Below, piece by piece: positions 17,266 through 25,314 of a stretch of 32,173 nt of DNA. The position numbers and the translations under genes are program-made. The first letter of the stretch is position 1. The number at the start of each line of letters is the position of its first letter. This DNA comes from Actinomycetota bacterium (lineage in GTDB: Bacteria > Actinomycetota > UBA4738): positions 1 through 32,173 of the forward strand of contig DASVPT010000238.1 of assembly GCA_036389535.1 (NCBI GenBank), given 5' to 3'. The notes below the pieces were generated by a model, which saw only the letters and a program-made list of their open reading frames with translations, was not told the DNA's origin and did no database searches.

Positions 17266-17949
17266 ATGGCCGGCGTTCAGACCTCTCTCCCCCTCTTCCA
17301 CCTCCCCTCCATTTGGCGTGCGCGTGTGCAGCGGGTAGACGGCACCGCCGTGCGCGAGATAGATGCGGGCTGTGTCCTGGTTCGAGAGGGGGAGCTCCCA
17401 ACGTCGCTCAGCGTCATCGACGCGGGGGCCGTCGCCGAGTGCTCGAGGGCGCTTTCCGGCAGGGTGGCTACCCTCGGCATCCTCGGCCCCGGTGACGTCG
17501 TCGGCATCCACGCCCTCGCCGGTTCTTGCCAAGCGATGCCCGGGGCCACCGCCCTGGTCCGGTCGATCGTGCTCTGCGTTCCGCTGCAAGCGCTGCAGGA
17601 GGCGATCCGCGATGACCCGATCCTGGCGAGTGGGCTTTGCGCCAAGCTCGCCCAGCACCTCAGCCGGGGGCAACGGTCCCTGGCGGAGGCGCTAACGCTC
17701 TCAGTTCCAGAACGTGTCCTCGGTGCGCTGCACGACTTGGCCGCTCGTCATGGCCGCCGTTCTGGCGGCGGGATCAAGATCTCGATCCCCCTGTCGCAAG
17801 ACGTGTTGGCGGCCTTGATCGGGGCGACTCGAGAGAGCGTCAACCGAGCGCTTCGAGACCTCAAGGCGTCGGGAGCGATCCGAACCGACGGGCGGACCTA
17901 CGTGCTGCCACCGTCGAATGGTCAGGTCGCCGAGCTTGGGCGCTCTTGA
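17266..17949 (+). CDS. Crp/Fnr family transcriptional regulator
   Basis: It has an N-terminal cNMP-binding-like beta-roll and a C-terminal HTH (SQDVLAALIGATRESVNRALRDLKASGAI). The ATG at 17266 is preceded by GAGGGAGG. The ORF-track start at 17191 lies inside the promoter region. Confidence 0.85.
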   Translation: MAGVQTSLPLFHLPSIWRARVQRVDGTAVREIDAGCVLVREGELPTSLSVIDAGAVAECSRALSGRVATLGILGPGDVVGIHALAGSCQAMPGATALVRSIVLCVPLQALQEAIRDDPILASGLCAKLAQHLSRGQRSLAEALTLSVPERVLGALHDLAARHGRRSGGGIKISIPLSQDVLAALIGATRESVNRALRDLKASGAIRTDGRTYVLPPSNGQVAELGRS

Positions 17950-18803
17950 AGGATCTCCAGGCTGCATTGAGGACACAGCGAAGACCCCTGGCGAGCGGGC
18001 CGTCCACATCGGGAGCACGCATGTGGAGTGGAGACCCGAAACCGAGCCTCGCGAGGCGAGCCGGCGCGCTCGACGCGGCCCTCCCGTTCGAGCTTCAACA
18101 GATGGGCCAGGACGGATCGTGTTGCCGCCGGGTAGAGGTCGGGTGGGTAGTCGGAGTAGATCGCCTGGACCAACGCTTCGGGCGTTTCGTTTCCGTCTCG
18201 AAGACCGCCCAGGACCTGTTCCTCTCGCTCCTTCCGGTGCTGGACGTATTCCTCGAGCTTCGCCACCGCAGACCACACCACCGGGCCATGCCCCGGGTAG
18301 ATCACCCGCGGCGAAAGCGAAAGCATCGCGGAAAGCGTTCTCATGTAGGCGCTCATGTCCCCGTCCGGCGGATCTACGATGCTCGTTCCCCTCCCGAGGA
18401 CGGCGTCGCCGGTGAACAACGAGCCCGAAAAGGGGTCGTGGAAAACGACGTGGTCCTGAGTGTGTCCGGGCGCGTGCACGACGCGGAGCGTCATGCCGCC
18501 CGCCTCGAGCACCTCGCCGTCGCGTAACCGGTGTTCGCCCTCTTCTGGACGAAAAGCCAAGACCGGAGCGCCCGACATTGAGGCCAGCCGTGGCGCCCCG
18601 GGCGCGTGATCGGGATGCCGGTGAGTCAGCAGGATGGCCTCGATACTCCCGGCCTCACGCCGCACCGCGTCGAGGTGTCCCTCATCGTCGGGGCCTGGAT
18701 CGATGACGAAGGTATGGTTGACGCCGACGATCCACGTGTTGGTTCCCTCCAGCGTGAAGGGTCCGGGGTTCGGCGCGAGGACCCTGATGATCGGAGACCT
18801 CAT
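17922..18803 (-). CDS. MBL-fold metallo-hydrolase with a winged-helix domain and a C-terminal CxxC...CxxC zinc-ribbon-like tail
   Basis: It has HxHxDH (LLTHRHPDHAPG), later His/Asp ligands (HAPGHT, GD), and the C-terminal CSRCGRPARQGSSLCPQCS. Its start overlaps the Nudix stop (ATGA). Confidence 0.85.
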   Translation of the reverse strand: MRSPIIRVLAPNPGPFTLEGTNTWIVGVNHTFVIDPGPDDEGHLDAVRREAGSIEAILLTHRHPDHAPGAPRLASMSGAPVLAFRPEEGEHRLRDGEVLEAGGMTLRVVHAPGHTQDHVVFHDPFSGSLFTGDAVLGRGTSIVDPPDGDMSAYMRTLSAMLSLSPRVIYPGHGPVVWSAVAKLEEYVQHRKEREEQVLGGLRDGNETPEALVQAIYSDYPPDLYPAATRSVLAHLLKLEREGRVERAGSPREARFRVSTPHACSRCGRPARQGSSLCPQCSLEILQERPSSAT

Positions 18804-19435
18804 GACGACCGAACCGGCGGAGGAACCTGCTCGATTCGAAGGCGCAGCACCTCATCGACCGAGGAGCACTCCGCGAGCACTTGAAGGGTTTTCAGCGTCG
18901 GCCACATCAGCTGGACATCGCCTGCCTCAGCCGCCTCGAGCAGCTCCTGCGCCGACCCCCACCACGCCCGCTCGGCCTCGACACCATCGGGATGAGGATC
19001 CATGCCTGAACCCGCTCGAACGGCGAAGAACCGCGCGTCGAACCGGACCGGAATGAACTCGGGAGCGATCCATCTGGCGATCTCGGGAAGCGCTTCGAGC
19101 GGTGGCGGGGGAAGGGCGCCGTCGCCGCCGGGAACTCCACCCGGACGCTCGATCACGCCGTCGCCAGTCACGACGAGGCCGACCTCTTCCGAGAGCTCGC
19201 GGAGCGCGCAGGCCCGCGCCGCCTCCGCGGCGGACCCGAACCACTCCTCCGCCAGCCGCGTGTCCTGCGGCTCGACCACTCCGCCCGGAAACACCATGAA
19301 CCCGGGAAGGAACCGGCTGGTGCTCGAGCGTTTCAGGACCAGGAACTCCAGCCGTCCTTGCACCACCTCGCGCACCACCACCACCGTGGCCGCCGCGCGC
19401 ATCGTCCGTGGAGCCGCGTCATCGGGATTTTGCAT
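18800..19435 (-). CDS. NUDIX hydrolase
   Basis: The Nudix box is GGVVEPQDTRLAEEWFGSAAEAARACALRELSEEVGL (an extended GX5EX7REUXEEXGU). The start may instead be the ATG at 19402 (MRAAATVVVV...). Confidence 0.85.
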   Translation of the reverse strand: MQNPDDAAPRTMRAAATVVVVREVVQGRLEFLVLKRSSTSRFLPGFMVFPGGVVEPQDTRLAEEWFGSAAEAARACALRELSEEVGLVVTGDGVIERPGGVPGGDGALPPPPLEALPEIARWIAPEFIPVRFDARFFAVRAGSGMDPHPDGVEAERAWWGSAQELLEAAEAGDVQLMWPTLKTLQVLAECSSVDEVLRLRIEQVPPPVRSS

Positions 19436-19441
19436 GCGGCC

Positions 19442-20542
19442 ATGATGCCAACCTCCGGGTCAGGTGATGGACTGGCCGCACGGCTTCGCGCGCGTATCGC
19501 AGAGCACGGCCCGATCACCTTCGCGGAGTTCATGGACGCGGCGCTCTATGACCCGGACGAGGGCTTCTACTCCCGACTCGTGGTAGGCGAGGAGGGCGAC
19601 TTCGTCACCAGCCCGCACATCTCTCCGCTGTTCGGGTCGCTGGTCGCTCGGCAGGTGGAGGATTTTTGGGACCTGCTCGATCGCCCCGACCCCTTCACCG
19701 TCGTCGAGGTCGGTGCCAGCGTCGGGACGCTCGCGCACCAAGTTCTCGGCGCTGTGATCCCTCCGGTCTGGCAATCGATCCGTTACGTCGCCGTCGAGCG
19801 GAGCGGAGAAGCCCGCGAAACCGCCCGCTCCACGGGCCTCGAGGTCGCACCGATGCTGAGCGACGTCCCCGCCGGAGCCGCGGGTTGCGTGCTGGCGAAC
19901 GAGCTTCTCGACAACCTCCCCTTTCACCGCGTCCGCGGTACAGGCGAAGGCATCGTCGAGCTGTTCGTCGCCCTCGAAGATGAACGCTTCGTCCTGCGCG
20001 AGGGGCCTCCATCCTCCGACGAGATCCGCCGGTGGACGCCGCAACTTAGCCCCGGCCAGGACGGTGTGGTCAACCTCGAAGCGCTTCGCTTCCTGGACTC
20101 CGCGGGGGCCCTCCTCGATCGCGGATACGTGTGGGTCGTCGACTACGGGTTCGATTTGGCCGGGGCATCGTCGGTCCACGGCTACCGAGGACATCGGCTG
20201 GAGGAGGACGTCCTGGCCCAACCGGGCTCACGGGACATCACCGCCGGCGTCGACTTCGGGGCGCTCGCAGAGCACGCGCACTCGCTCGATCTCTCCATTT
20301 GGGGGCCGGTCACCCAGCGAGAGGCCCTGTTCGCCCTGGGTTACGCGGAGTGGGAGGAAGCGGCTCGATCGGCGCAAGCCGAATACCTGTCGGAGCGTCG
20401 CGGCATTCAGGCAATGCGAACGTTTTCGGACCGGAACCGCGCACGAATGTTGATCGACCCGGGCGGACCGGGCGGCTTCTACGTGATGTGCTTCGGGGTG
20501 CGAACCGGCGACCGGCCGCCGCAGGCCTTCAGGAACGCCTGA
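19442..20542 (+). CDS. SAM-dependent methyltransferase, MidA/NDUFAF7 (DUF185) family
   Basis: ITFAEFMDAALYDPDEGFY, GDFVTSPHISPLFG, VVEVGAS.GTLA and ANELLDNLPFHRV are characteristic of the DUF185/MidA family. Confidence 0.85.
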   Translation: MMPTSGSGDGLAARLRARIAEHGPITFAEFMDAALYDPDEGFYSRLVVGEEGDFVTSPHISPLFGSLVARQVEDFWDLLDRPDPFTVVEVGASVGTLAHQVLGAVIPPVWQSIRYVAVERSGEARETARSTGLEVAPMLSDVPAGAAGCVLANELLDNLPFHRVRGTGEGIVELFVALEDERFVLREGPPSSDEIRRWTPQLSPGQDGVVNLEALRFLDSAGALLDRGYVWVVDYGFDLAGASSVHGYRGHRLEEDVLAQPGSRDITAGVDFGALAEHAHSLDLSIWGPVTQREALFALGYAEWEEAARSAQAEYLSERRGIQAMRTFSDRNRARMLIDPGGPGGFYVMCFGVRTGDRPPQAFRNA

Positions 20543-20969
20543 GTCGCAGCACGAAGTACCCGGTCCCGGCCGCCACGAACGCGCCGGCGATCTCTGTGAG
20601 CGACGCCGCCTTCGTCACGGCCGAGACGTGCCCGTCGACGAACGAGTCGCTGAAGACGCTCCACGTCGGCAGCCAGTGAGCCCCGATGAACCCCAGTCCC
20701 AGTACCAAGCCGCCGATCAGGGCGGCCTGCGGAGCTCGTGGGTGCCTCACCAGCATGAGAACCACCACGATGGCGGTGAGCACGCTGCCGGCGATACCGA
20801 TCGTCCGAAGCTGCGCGCTGATGGTCCCGGCGCCCCGGTGCACATGGTCGTAGTTGTGCCAGACGGCTCCTGCGGCGAAGAACAGCGCCCCCCACTGCAG
20901 TGCGCGGTCGCCGGGCCGAACCTCGGTGTGCGCCGTTCGCCTGGTTGGCTCTGTCGCGGTGGTCGCCAT
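20529..20969 (-). CDS. Hypothetical 4-TM membrane protein, His-rich, co-transcribed with the orphan nuoD
   Basis: It is the 146-aa C-terminal part of the artefactual ORF 20529..22136. The ATG at 20969 is preceded by AAGGAGAGG and lies 23 nt after the nuoD stop. Four hydrophobic helices are present. His residues cluster in WHNYDHVHRG, GAHWLP and DGHV. Confidence 0.6.
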   Translation of the reverse strand: MATTATEPTRRTAHTEVRPGDRALQWGALFFAAGAVWHNYDHVHRGAGTISAQLRTIGIAGSVLTAIVVVLMLVRHPRAPQAALIGGLVLGLGFIGAHWLPTWSVFSDSFVDGHVSAVTKAASLTEIAGAFVAAGTGYFVLRLRRS

Positions 20970-20992
20970 CCGCCTCTCCTTTTGAAGATCGC

Positions 20993-22180
20993 TTAGCGGT
21001 CGACGTCGCCGACCACGAAGAACACGCTGCCCAGAATGGCGATCAGGTCGGGAACAAGCGTCCCCGGAAGCAAGGCGGGGATCATCGCCACGTTGTTGAA
21101 CGACGCCGTGCGCATCTTGAGGCGATAGGGGTAGTCGCCTCCGTCGCCGACCAGGTAATAGCCCATCAGCCCGAGCGGGTTCTCGGTCCTCACGTAGATC
21201 TCGCCCTCGGGGATCTTCATCTTCTTGGGCAGCTTCGGCGAGATGTACTGTCCGGGAGGAAGCTTGTCCATGCACTGCTCGATGATCTTGCAGGACTCCC
21301 ACATCCGCTGGACCAACACCCACAACCGGTCGTAGGAATCGCCGTTTCGTCCGACCGGAACGTCGAACTCCACCTCGCCGTACTTCTCGTACGGCTCGTC
21401 CTTCCTGGGATCCATGGCGACGCCGCTCGCCTGGAGCACTGGCCCGCTGCATCCATAGGCGATGGCGACGTCCGCGGGGAGGACTCCAATTCCGTCGGTG
21501 CGGGCGTGAATGATCTCGTTGCCCATGATGAGGGTCTCGAAGTCGCGCAGCTTCTTGCGCGTCCAATCGAGGACCTCCCATGAATGTTTCAGGAAGCCGC
21601 GCGGAAGGTCGTCCTTCAGCCCTCCGATCCGGACGTACGAATGGTGCATCCGCGCCCCGGTGGCGGATTCCATGAGGCCCTGGATCATCTCTCGCTCGCG
21701 AAATGCGTAGAACATGGGCGTCATCGCGCCCAGCTCCAACGGGAACGAACCCGTGAACATCAGGTGGTTCAGCAGCCGGTTCCACTCGGCCATCATGGTT
21801 CGGATCCACTGCGCCCGTTCGGGAACCTCGACGCCCAGCATGCGCTCGACCGCCATGATCCATCCCAGCTCGTTGTTGAACGCCGACAGCCAGTCGTGGC
21901 GGTTCATGAGTACGAGGACCTGGCGGGGGTCTCGGTACTCTGAAAGCTTCTCCGCGGCGCGGTGCATGTACCCAATGACGGGCTCGGCCGAGATGATCCG
22001 CTCGCCGTCCAGCTCGAGCACAATGCGAAGCACGCCGTGGGTCGACGGGTGCTGCGGCCCGATGTTGAGGATCATCTCCTCGGTTCGAAGAGGACCCTCC
22101 ACCACCACATCGATGCCGCCGCCGCGGACCATCCACGCGTCGCTGGCGGCGGTGTACTGAGCGCGTTCCTGAATGTCCAT
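20993..22180 (-). CDS. nuoD: NADH-quinone oxidoreductase subunit D (49 kDa / NDUFS2 / Nqo4 homolog), stand-alone copy
   Basis: NIGPQHPSTHGVLR, IGYMHRAAEKL, YAFREREMI, HHSYVRIGG and the C-terminal VVGDVDR are present. There are no hydrogenase CxxC motifs and no adjacent nuo genes. Confidence 0.92.
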   Translation of the reverse strand: MDIQERAQYTAASDAWMVRGGGIDVVVEGPLRTEEMILNIGPQHPSTHGVLRIVLELDGERIISAEPVIGYMHRAAEKLSEYRDPRQVLVLMNRHDWLSAFNNELGWIMAVERMLGVEVPERAQWIRTMMAEWNRLLNHLMFTGSFPLELGAMTPMFYAFREREMIQGLMESATGARMHHSYVRIGGLKDDLPRGFLKHSWEVLDWTRKKLRDFETLIMGNEIIHARTDGIGVLPADVAIAYGCSGPVLQASGVAMDPRKDEPYEKYGEVEFDVPVGRNGDSYDRLWVLVQRMWESCKIIEQCMDKLPPGQYISPKLPKKMKIPEGEIYVRTENPLGLMGYYLVGDGGDYPYRLKMRTASFNNVAMIPALLPGTLVPDLIAILGSVFFVVGDVDR

Positions 22181-22258
22181 CAGTGAAAAGAGAGCCGGGC
22201 CACCAATCCGGGAGGGTAGCAGGTGCGTTCAGCCATCAACTGGCAAGGAAAACACCTG

Positions 22259-22287
22259 TTGCTGGCGAAACGCGCGAAGCGTACTCT
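22259..22287 (+). promoter_or_regulatory. Putative sigma-A-type promoter for the delta-60 repeat gene
   Basis: The sequence is TTGCTG-17 nt-TACTCT, ending 12 nt before the ATG at 22300. No Shine-Dalgarno is visible, so the leader would be very short. An imperfect inverted repeat (CAGGTG 22220-22225 / CACCTG 22253-22258) abuts the -35. Confidence 0.3.
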
Positions 22288-22299
22288 GCGACACAGCTG

Positions 22300-23607
22300 A
22301 TGTTTAGCTCGTGCCCGAGAACCACCCTTATTTTCGGCGTTGTGGCGGTCACGCTATGCCTCTTTCTCCCTTCCCCGGCTTACGCAACCGCTGGTGATCT
22401 CGACACAACTTTCAGTCGCAACGGCAAGCTCCATTTCGAATTCGGGGCGGGGACAAATGGAGCGCAGGGCGTGGCCGTTCAGTCGGACGGAAAAATCGTG
22501 TTTGGGGGGTCGATCTCCGCAGACGGATGCGACCACACTCCATACGGCCGGTTCTCTGTTGCTCGGGTCAATCCGAACGGGACGTTCGACTCGACGTTCG
22601 CCGGAGATGGCAAGCGAACCGTCAACGTAGGTTCCGACTGCTATGAGGGGGGATTCGCCCTCGCGCTTCAACCCGATGGAAAGATCCTGCTTGCAGGATC
22701 AGCAGATGGCCGGTTCGCGGTGGTGCGCCTGAACCCCAATGGGACGCTCGACGGGAACTTCTCGCATGACGGAAAGCGAGTCCTCTGGACAGGCGACTCC
22801 GCACTCGAAGGCTTTGCGTTTGACGTCGCGGTACAAAGTGACGGAAAGATCGTCCTAGCGGGTCAGGGATGGCACGGGGATGACGTCGCGGTCGCACGAC
22901 TCAATCCACGTGGGGGCTTTGATCCAACATTCGGTGATGGACGAGGGTTCGTCACCACGGACGTCGTTGGCGCCTCTGACCGCGCAAACGCGTTGGCTAT
23001 TCAGCCCGATGGGAAGATCGTCGTTGCCGGACACGGGGGCGATCACGGCAATGGAAACGACTGGCTTGTAATCCGTTACAACCCGGATGGCTCGCTCGAT
23101 ACGAACTTCGCCGTTGGGGGGATCTTCACCCTGTTCATTGGGGACGCCATCGGTTCGGGGGCGCAAGGCGTCGCAATTCAGAAGGACGGAAAGATCGTAA
23201 CCGGCGGCGAGGCGCCATTTGATGAGACGGGTGGCGATTTCGTCGCCGTGCGTTTAACAGCCACTGGCACCCTGGACAATGAATTTTCCTCCGACGGCAT
23301 AGTCTCCACGAACTTCGGCCCGAACTCTGGAGACGGTGCGGACGCTGTCGTGCTCCAAGGCGACGGGAAAATAATTCTGGGAGGTAACACTGACGCCACG
23401 AGCGACGTGGATCCGGTATTCGCCCTTGCGAGGTACACAACTTCAGGGGAACTCGACCCATCGTTCGGCAATGGTGGATTGGTGACGACCCGGATAAGCC
23501 ACGGGGACCGCCTTCTCGATCTCGCTTTCCGGTCGAAGCGGATCGTCGCCGCCGGGTTCACTTGGGGATGCTGCCGTATGGCCCTGGCGCGCTACGTGAG
23601 CGACTAG
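22300..23607 (+). CDS. Secreted delta-60 repeat domain protein (predicted 7-bladed beta-propeller)
   Basis: The ATG at 22300 gives a signal peptide (MFSSCPRTTLIFGVVAVTLCLFLPSPAYA|TAG). Seven ~60-aa repeats follow the pattern G.LD..F..DGK...A.A.Q.DGKIV.AG...(V/A)RLN. The ORF-track start at 22183 abuts the nuoD start and is unlikely. Confidence 0.8.
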   Translation: MFSSCPRTTLIFGVVAVTLCLFLPSPAYATAGDLDTTFSRNGKLHFEFGAGTNGAQGVAVQSDGKIVFGGSISADGCDHTPYGRFSVARVNPNGTFDSTFAGDGKRTVNVGSDCYEGGFALALQPDGKILLAGSADGRFAVVRLNPNGTLDGNFSHDGKRVLWTGDSALEGFAFDVAVQSDGKIVLAGQGWHGDDVAVARLNPRGGFDPTFGDGRGFVTTDVVGASDRANALAIQPDGKIVVAGHGGDHGNGNDWLVIRYNPDGSLDTNFAVGGIFTLFIGDAIGSGAQGVAIQKDGKIVTGGEAPFDETGGDFVAVRLTATGTLDNEFSSDGIVSTNFGPNSGDGADAVVLQGDGKIILGGNTDATSDVDPVFALARYTTSGELDPSFGNGGLVTTRISHGDRLLDLAFRSKRIVAAGFTWGCCRMALARYVSD

Positions 23608-23617
23608 AGCAACTGCG

Positions 23618-24037
23618 TCAGGCGAGGCCGAGGCCCACGATCTCCCTCAGCGTGAGGAACTCGGCCTTCGGGTCTCGAAGCACCGCTCCCACGGGTTCCA
23701 TCATCCGAACGGTGTGGTCGCCCGCCGGCATGGATCCGATGACTTCACCCTCGACGTATCCGACGGCGTCTTCGAGGATCGGCGATCCGGTGACGCCGGG
23801 GCGCCACTTGACCGATTCGAACTTGCTCACGTCGCGGGCGGACTGGCTGAAGTGCGTGATCCAATCCTCCTGCCCCCGGGCCAGCGGGTGAACCGCCAGA
23901 GCCCGGCTTTGCTCGATGACCTCATTCGTCAGGCTGTCGTTCGGGGTGCACACGACCAGACGCGGCGGATTCAGGCTGCAGGGCGTGATGAACGTCACGA
24001 CCGAGGCGGAGAGGAGGGCGAGGTGAGAACCGGTCAC
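23618..24037 (-). CDS. Flavin reductase-like FMN-binding split-barrel protein; the N-terminus and start codon are unresolved
   Basis: The core matches the Flavin_Reduct family (SASVVTFITPCSLNPPRLVVC, KFESVKWRPGVTGSPILEDAVGYVEGEV). The ORF-track start is GTG 24037. Family-like sequence (EQLEALFGRFETTGCIV) continues in frame upstream to about 24118 without any ATG, GTG or TTG. Confidence 0.7.
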   Translation of the reverse strand: MTGSHLALLSASVVTFITPCSLNPPRLVVCTPNDSLTNEVIEQSRALAVHPLARGQEDWITHFSQSARDVSKFESVKWRPGVTGSPILEDAVGYVEGEVIGSMPAGDHTVRMMEPVGAVLRDPKAEFLTLREIVGLGLA

Positions 24038-24141
24038 GATGCACCCGGTCGTCTCGAACCGCCCGAACAGCGCCTCGAGCTGCTCGCGTTGGGGACCTTC
24101 GACGACTGAGGCGACGGGCCTATGCGTTACGGTTACCTCCC

Positions 24142-25314
24142 ATGGATTTCAGCATCCCGGACGAGTACCAGGAGCTGCTGACCTCCTTCCGATCATTCCT
24201 CGACAGGGAGGTGGCCCCGGTTGAGGACCGATATCGGGTCCAGCTTCAAGAAGACGAGTTCGGCGAGGAGATGCACGAGGCCGGGCTGGCCCTGAGACGC
24301 CGCTCGGCCGAGCTCGGCTTCTACGCGGCGCACATGCCCGAATCGGTCGGCGGCTGGGGTCTCTCGAACCTCGGCTACACCCTTCTGGTGGAGGAGGGCG
24401 GGAAGTCGGGGCTGCGGTTCGCCAGCTTTGTCCTGGGGCCGCCGAATCCCGAATCCCCCAATCCCATCCTCATGGACCTGCCCCGGCATCTGCACGAGAA
24501 GTACGTCGAGCCGCTGGTTCGCGGCGAGACGACCATGTGCTTCGCGCTCACCGAGCCGGATGCGGGATCCGACGCGCAGGCCATCCAAACCACCGCCACC
24601 CTCGACGGCGACGAGTGGGTTCTGAACGGCCGAAAGCACTTCATCACGAACGGGGCCAATGCCGACATCGCCGTGGTGTTCGCGGTCACCGACGCCGAGA
24701 AGCGCGCGGCGGGCGGCATCACCGCGTTCCTGGTCGAGCGCGACGCACCCGGGTTCGTGGTCGGACGAAAGCAGCGAACGCTGGCCGGAGACACCAACCA
24801 GGCGGAGCTCATCTTCGACGACTGTCGAGTCCCGAAAGAGAACGTCATCGGCGAGGTGGGGTTCGGATTCGGCTCGGCCATGAAGTTCCTCAACGCGGGC
24901 CGCGCCTACATCGGCGCGATGTGCGTCGGGGTGGCGGACTACCTGGTTCGAATCTGCACGGACTATGCGAAGGAGCGGAGCACCTTCGGAAAGCCGATCG
25001 GCAAGTACCAGGCGATCCAGTGGATGTTGGCCGACTCTGCGCTCGAGGTCTACGCCGCCCGGCTGATGACGTATCACCTGGCGTGGCTGGTCGACCAGGG
25101 CGACCAACCGATAAAGGAGTCCTCGTTCGTCAAGCTCAACAACACCGAGATGGTGAACCGCGTCGCCGACCGCGCCGTGCAGATCTACGGCGGAATGGGG
25201 CTCCTCACGGAGGGGCCGGTGGAGCGAATCTTCCGGTGGGTTCGGATGCTGCGAATCGTCGAAGGGACCAGCGAGATTCAGCGGTTCATCATCGCCCGCG
25301 CCCTCGGGCTGTGA
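24142..25314 (+). CDS. Acyl-CoA dehydrogenase
   Basis: It has a typical ACAD N-terminus (MDFSIPDEYQELLTSFRSFLDREVAP), CFALTEPDAGSD, and the C-terminal QIYGGMG...RIVEGTSEIQR. Confidence 0.92.
   Translation: MDFSIPDEYQELLTSFRSFLDREVAPVEDRYRVQLQEDEFGEEMHEAGLALRRRSAELGFYAAHMPESVGGWGLSNLGYTLLVEEGGKSGLRFASFVLGPPNPESPNPILMDLPRHLHEKYVEPLVRGETTMCFALTEPDAGSDAQAIQTTATLDGDEWVLNGRKHFITNGANADIAVVFAVTDAEKRAAGGITAFLVERDAPGFVVGRKQRTLAGDTNQAELIFDDCRVPKENVIGEVGFGFGSAMKFLNAGRAYIGAMCVGVADYLVRICTDYAKERSTFGKPIGKYQAIQWMLADSALEVYAARLMTYHLAWLVDQGDQPIKESSFVKLNNTEMVNRVADRAVQIYGGMGLLTEGPVERIFRWVRMLRIVEGTSEIQRFIIARALGL

Noticed and set aside
20529-22136. Over-long ORF-track models: 440..2206, 1522..2622, 2274..3533, 20529..22136, 24537..26666 and 28340..31042.
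   Set aside because: Only their 3' portions carry family signatures (ctaE, the membrane ORF, ctaG, the 4-TM protein, selA, the cyclase-STAND protein). The 5' portions are alternative-frame reads through the upstream gene. Internal starts that overlap the upstream stop fit much better.
24181-24190. A strong Shine-Dalgarno-like GGAAGGAGG on the minus strand upstream of the flavin reductase region.
   Set aside because: It is the reverse complement of ACAD codons (acc tcc ttc c). No in-frame start codon lies 5-10 nt downstream; only an out-of-frame CTG does.
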